Positions 61,223 through 64,000 of a DNA stretch of 64,000 nucleotides are shown here, piece by piece. Under the pieces are notes generated by a model. That model searched no databases. It had not been told where the DNA came from and saw only the letters and a list, made by a program, of their open reading frames with translations. Made by a program: the position numbers and the translations under genes. Origin of the DNA: Burkholderiaceae bacterium (GTDB lineage Bacteria > Pseudomonadota > Gammaproteobacteria > Burkholderiales > Burkholderiaceae); contig CANKKB010000001.1 of NCBI GenBank assembly GCA_947482555.1, positions 4,278 to 68,277 on the forward strand. Reading direction: 5' to 3'. Position 1 is the stretch's first letter; every line of letters starts with the position of its first letter.

Positions 61223-61690
61223 GTGAAATTTAGATTAATATTAGCTTTATTAATGAGTTCTAGCTTTAGTATTTGCACTGTAGCGCAAACTATTCCATCT
61301 CTACCCAAGGAGTGGAATGGAACCGTAACCGCCACTGCAATTGGAGCGAATCAAAAGATGAGTCCAAATCATCCTGATAATATCGGCAAAGAAAAATCAG
61401 CTAAAGGCTGGAATACTTATTCGGAATCACGAACCCTAAAAATTGTTCGTCAAGAGGGGCGACATTTAGAGATAGCATTCAAGTCTTCTCGCGGCGAACA
61501 AATATGGGTAGGCACCCTATCAAAGGATGGCAAGCAAATAATGTTGGCCGCCAAGAATGCAAGCTACTTATTTTCATTATCTGGAAACACCCTAACAGGA
61601 TGCGGTGGATCTCGAGGTATGGATGGTAATTTTGACCATTGGTTAGCCAACTATAGTGCAATTTGCTTTGAATTTAATGCCGTTAAATAA
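61223..61690 (+). CDS. hypothetical secreted protein
   Basis: Signal-peptide-like N-terminus, GGGAG RBS, 155 aa; no family recognised. Confidence 0.6.
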   Translation: MKFRLILALLMSSSFSICTVAQTIPSLPKEWNGTVTATAIGANQKMSPNHPDNIGKEKSAKGWNTYSESRTLKIVRQEGRHLEIAFKSSRGEQIWVGTLSKDGKQIMLAAKNASYLFSLSGNTLTGCGGSRGMDGNFDHWLANYSAICFEFNAVK

Positions 61691-62013
61691 TTCCTGCTGA
61701 ACTAGTTTTTGCAGACTTAACAATTCATAAGCCGATAACTTAAATATTTCTTACGTGATTGGCTTCTAATAAGCTTGGTATTCGCAAAAAACAAGGGTGG
61801 TTTGACCCCCATTAAAACAAAGGCTGCAAGCAATCATGCGCAATTAACATTTTTTCTCGCTAAAGGTTTGTAAATGACTTTATTTAAAGTTACTTTAGGT
61901 AAAGCTCAAAGGTTTGAATCCTAAATGCATCACCAATTTGGCTAAAAAATTCATTACACATACGATATATCACTCTACGGAGTGATTTTTTCATTTGGAA
62001 TAGCGAATTAGGC

Positions 62014-62056
62014 GCTAGGTCCCACTCGGACTTGAATCTGGGACCAAAGGATTACG
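62014..62056 (-). pseudogene. tRNA 3' half scar extending to the anticodon loop (Ile2/CAU-like)
   Basis: Reverse complement is TAA-TCCTT-TGGTC-CCAGA-TTCAAGT-CCGAG-TGGGACC; similarity stops in the anticodon loop. Confidence 0.7.
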
Positions 62057-62156
62057 GTTTGCATTAGTGTCATACCCATCAGGACTAAACGTCCTAAAGG
62101 GTATGCTAGTATTTTATTAACAGCTATCGGAGCTGACCTTGAAAACGGAGGCAAGT

Positions 62157-62537
62157 ATGCCATTGATACAAATTTCATTAGCAGAAGGAAAAACCCCAGA
62201 ATATATTCAAGCAATAGCTGATGGGGTACACCAAGCATTGCAAACATCTTGGAAAATTCTATTAAATGATCGATTTCAGATAATTTCGGAACATAAAAAA
62301 TCCCATTTCATGATCGATAAAAAGATGTGGGATGGAAATCGCTCTGACGATGTGGTGGTAATCCACATCACATCTGTTTTAAGAACAAAAGAAATGAAAT
62401 TGAATTTATATACTGAATTGGTGAGAGTATTAACTGTCAACCCAGGAGTTAGAAAAGAGGATATCTTTGTAACTATTGTCGACAACAATCCGGAGAATTG
62501 GTCATTCGGCAAAGGACTTGCACAACTCTCAACCTGA
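62157..62537 (+). CDS. tautomerase-superfamily protein (Pro-1; MSAD/4-OT-like)
   Basis: MPL.QI start after a GGAGG RBS; DRFQ, ENWSFG.G. Confidence 0.85.
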   Translation: MPLIQISLAEGKTPEYIQAIADGVHQALQTSWKILLNDRFQIISEHKKSHFMIDKKMWDGNRSDDVVVIHITSVLRTKEMKLNLYTELVRVLTVNPGVRKEDIFVTIVDNNPENWSFGKGLAQLST

Positions 62538-62544
62538 CTTAGCC

Positions 62545-63039
62545 TTACTTCTGACGATCAAGACAAGGATTAGTCTTTGAGCATTTATCGTTTATAACAG
62601 CCACTCCTTGAATTTCAATCAACATCCCTGGTACAGCCAGATTTGAAACTGTAATCATGGCACTAGCAGGAAAATTTCCGTCTGGATATATATCAGCACG
62701 AACTTTAGAGAGAATTGGTCCATTGCGAGGGTCAGTAATGAATGTGGTGGTTGCGACAACATTTTTAAGGCTACCACCAGCCTGTTTGAGGGTTTTTTCC
62801 ATCAAAGCAAAAATTGTTCGGACTTGCGCCTCAAAATCACCTTTAATATCTTTGCCATTGAGATCGGTGATGGCCGTTTCACCAGATAACCAGATGGTTC
62901 GACCACCCTCTGTTACTACCGCTGGTGAATAAGTTCGCCCTTTTCCTGCATCAGTTTGACTCATGAATTCAGCAGCATATGCTGTAGTAGTCAGAATGTA
63001 GAAAGCCACAAATACAACTAAAAATACTAAGTGCTTCAT
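62545..63039 (-). CDS. RidA/YjgF family protein with an N-terminal signal peptide
   Basis: YSPAV, LSG, FEAQ, PAS..I.V..L..PGMLIEI; hydrophobic leader ending AYA. Confidence 0.82.
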   Translation of the reverse strand: MKHLVFLVVFVAFYILTTTAYAAEFMSQTDAGKGRTYSPAVVTEGGRTIWLSGETAITDLNGKDIKGDFEAQVRTIFALMEKTLKQAGGSLKNVVATTTFITDPRNGPILSKVRADIYPDGNFPASAMITVSNLAVPGMLIEIQGVAVINDKCSKTNPCLDRQK

Positions 63040-63122
63040 GGGCTTCTCCTAATAGGAAAAAACAGTATGCCATTACTACCTACACTCAAAATATTTACTG
63101 ACTTTGCCTAAAATAACGCTCA

Positions 63123-63179
63123 AAAATACCAACCCTAGAGTTGGTATTTTGAGTCTTGGTGGGCCCAAGAGGACTTGAA
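63123..63179 (-). pseudogene. tRNA 3'-end scar plus terminator-like hairpin
   Basis: Reverse complement of 63157-63179 is TTCAAGT-CCTCT-TGGGCCC-A-CCA. Hairpin AAAATACCAAC-cctaga-GTTGGTATTTT at 63123-63150. Confidence 0.8.
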
Positions 63180-63199
63180 ACTAAGATGATGTACTTATC

Positions 63200-64000
63200 T
63201 TAGGTGGTGCGTGCATTTATTCCACGTCTAATGATGCCGTTATATGTCTTGCCAGGATAAGCAGGCATCTCTTGCAGCTTATCAAAGCCAGGAATAGTCT
63301 CCATATGTTTAACCATTCGTACACGCATTTCTTTATCTGGAAGCGGACCACGCAAGGCGCTGATGTTTTCAGCTTGATGCGCAGGATTGCTGGTGGCAGG
63401 AATAACGCAGGTAATTGCTGGATTAGAAATCACCCACTTTAAGAAGAATTGGGCCCAGTTTTCACAACCAATTTCTTTTGCAAAATCGGGCAGTGGTCTA
63501 CCTTGAACAATCTTGAACAGCCGAGCCTTCTCAAAAGGCATATTAACTAACACGGCTGTACCTTTATCCATTGCAGCAGGAAGAATGCGATCCTCAGCAA
63601 GACGCATTTGGATAGAGTAATGTACCTGCACAAAATCGAGGTCACCTCTTTCTACTAGACCCCCCAAAGCACTGAAATAAGGTATTTCATGATGGGTAAC
63701 GCCAACGTAACGGATCTTACCCTCCTTCTTCCAGTTTTTAAGAACGGGAACGATCTGATCAACATTCACAAGGCTATGCACTTGAACTACGTCAATCATC
63801 TCGCGCCAAAGCCGTTGCTGACTCTGCTGAAAACTCTTGCGCGCATGGCTATCATCAGACAGAAACTCGCCAGTAGACCAAATCTTATTGCAGATAAACA
63901 TCTGGTCATTTATGCCCATACCAGTGGCAAAATCACCTACGCTAAGCTCACTAGTTCCATAAAGCGGTGAGGTATCGAAAACGCGCCCTCCTCCATCCCA
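63200..64000 (-). CDS. aldo/keto reductase, N-terminus outside window
   Basis: Frame open to the window edge (GGRVFDTSPLYGTSE); KIW, D..QVH, GK.RY.GVT, IPATS. Confidence 0.9.
   Translation of the reverse strand, partial: WDGGGRVFDTSPLYGTSELSVGDFATGMGINDQMFICNKIWSTGEFLSDDSHARKSFQQSQQRLWREMIDVVQVHSLVNVDQIVPVLKNWKKEGKIRYVGVTHHEIPYFSALGGLVERGDLDFVQVHYSIQMRLAEDRILPAAMDKGTAVLVNMPFEKARLFKIVQGRPLPDFAKEIGCENWAQFFLKWVISNPAITCVIPATSNPAHQAENISALRGPLPDKEMRVRMVKHMETIPGFDKLQEMPAYPGKTYNGIIRRGINARTT

Noticed and set aside
62008-62247. 79-aa minus-strand ORF
   Set aside because: Antisense to the tautomerase gene and running through the tRNA scar.
16620-63200. Classical integron (attC sites and intI) as the explanation for the array
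   Set aside because: No integron integrase and no consistent attC structure seen. Modules are multi-gene, bidirectional and carry their own regulators.
1-64000. CRISPR array, prophage, rRNA or defence system
   Set aside because: No regularly spaced repeats and no cas, phage, nuclease or methylase genes recognised.

Overview
A 64-kb accessory region from an AT-rich bacterium. Five Bug/TctC receptors and the tRNA-fragment sequences suggest Burkholderiales, possibly Polynucleobacter-like (inference). It is a string of catabolic and uptake modules: (1) N-carbamoylsarcosine amidase, sarcosine oxidase soxBDAG, glycine-riboswitch-controlled dadA and an ABC transporter; (2) an organosulfonate module (xsc, GMC oxidoreductase, Rieske oxygenase, thiol-dioxygenase-like cupin, multi-rhodanese, TauD, ABC); (3) a mid-GC hydrolase module; (4) a high-GC Bug+TauD islet; (5) a ThDP lyase + CoA-transferase + ABC module; (6) rutB/rutC/two rutD-like genes with no rutA; (7) methanesulfonate-monooxygenase-like msmABC with no reductase; (8) small orphan genes. 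The most striking feature is non-coding. Module boundaries carry degenerate tRNA 3' fragments: tRNA-Lys(UUU) halves on + (16.8, 49.6, 60.3 kb, weak copy at 17.1 kb) and a second family, probably tRNA(CAU) Ile2, on - (32.4, 38.3, 55.4, 62.0, 63.2 kb). These share arm-like flanking motifs, and the Lys halves carry hairpin inserts at the same T-loop position. I saw no integrase, intact tRNA, intact transposase or phage gene. The window looks like a cassette array built by repeated tRNA-targeted integration. All calls come from reading the sequence and recalled family motifs; no searches were run.
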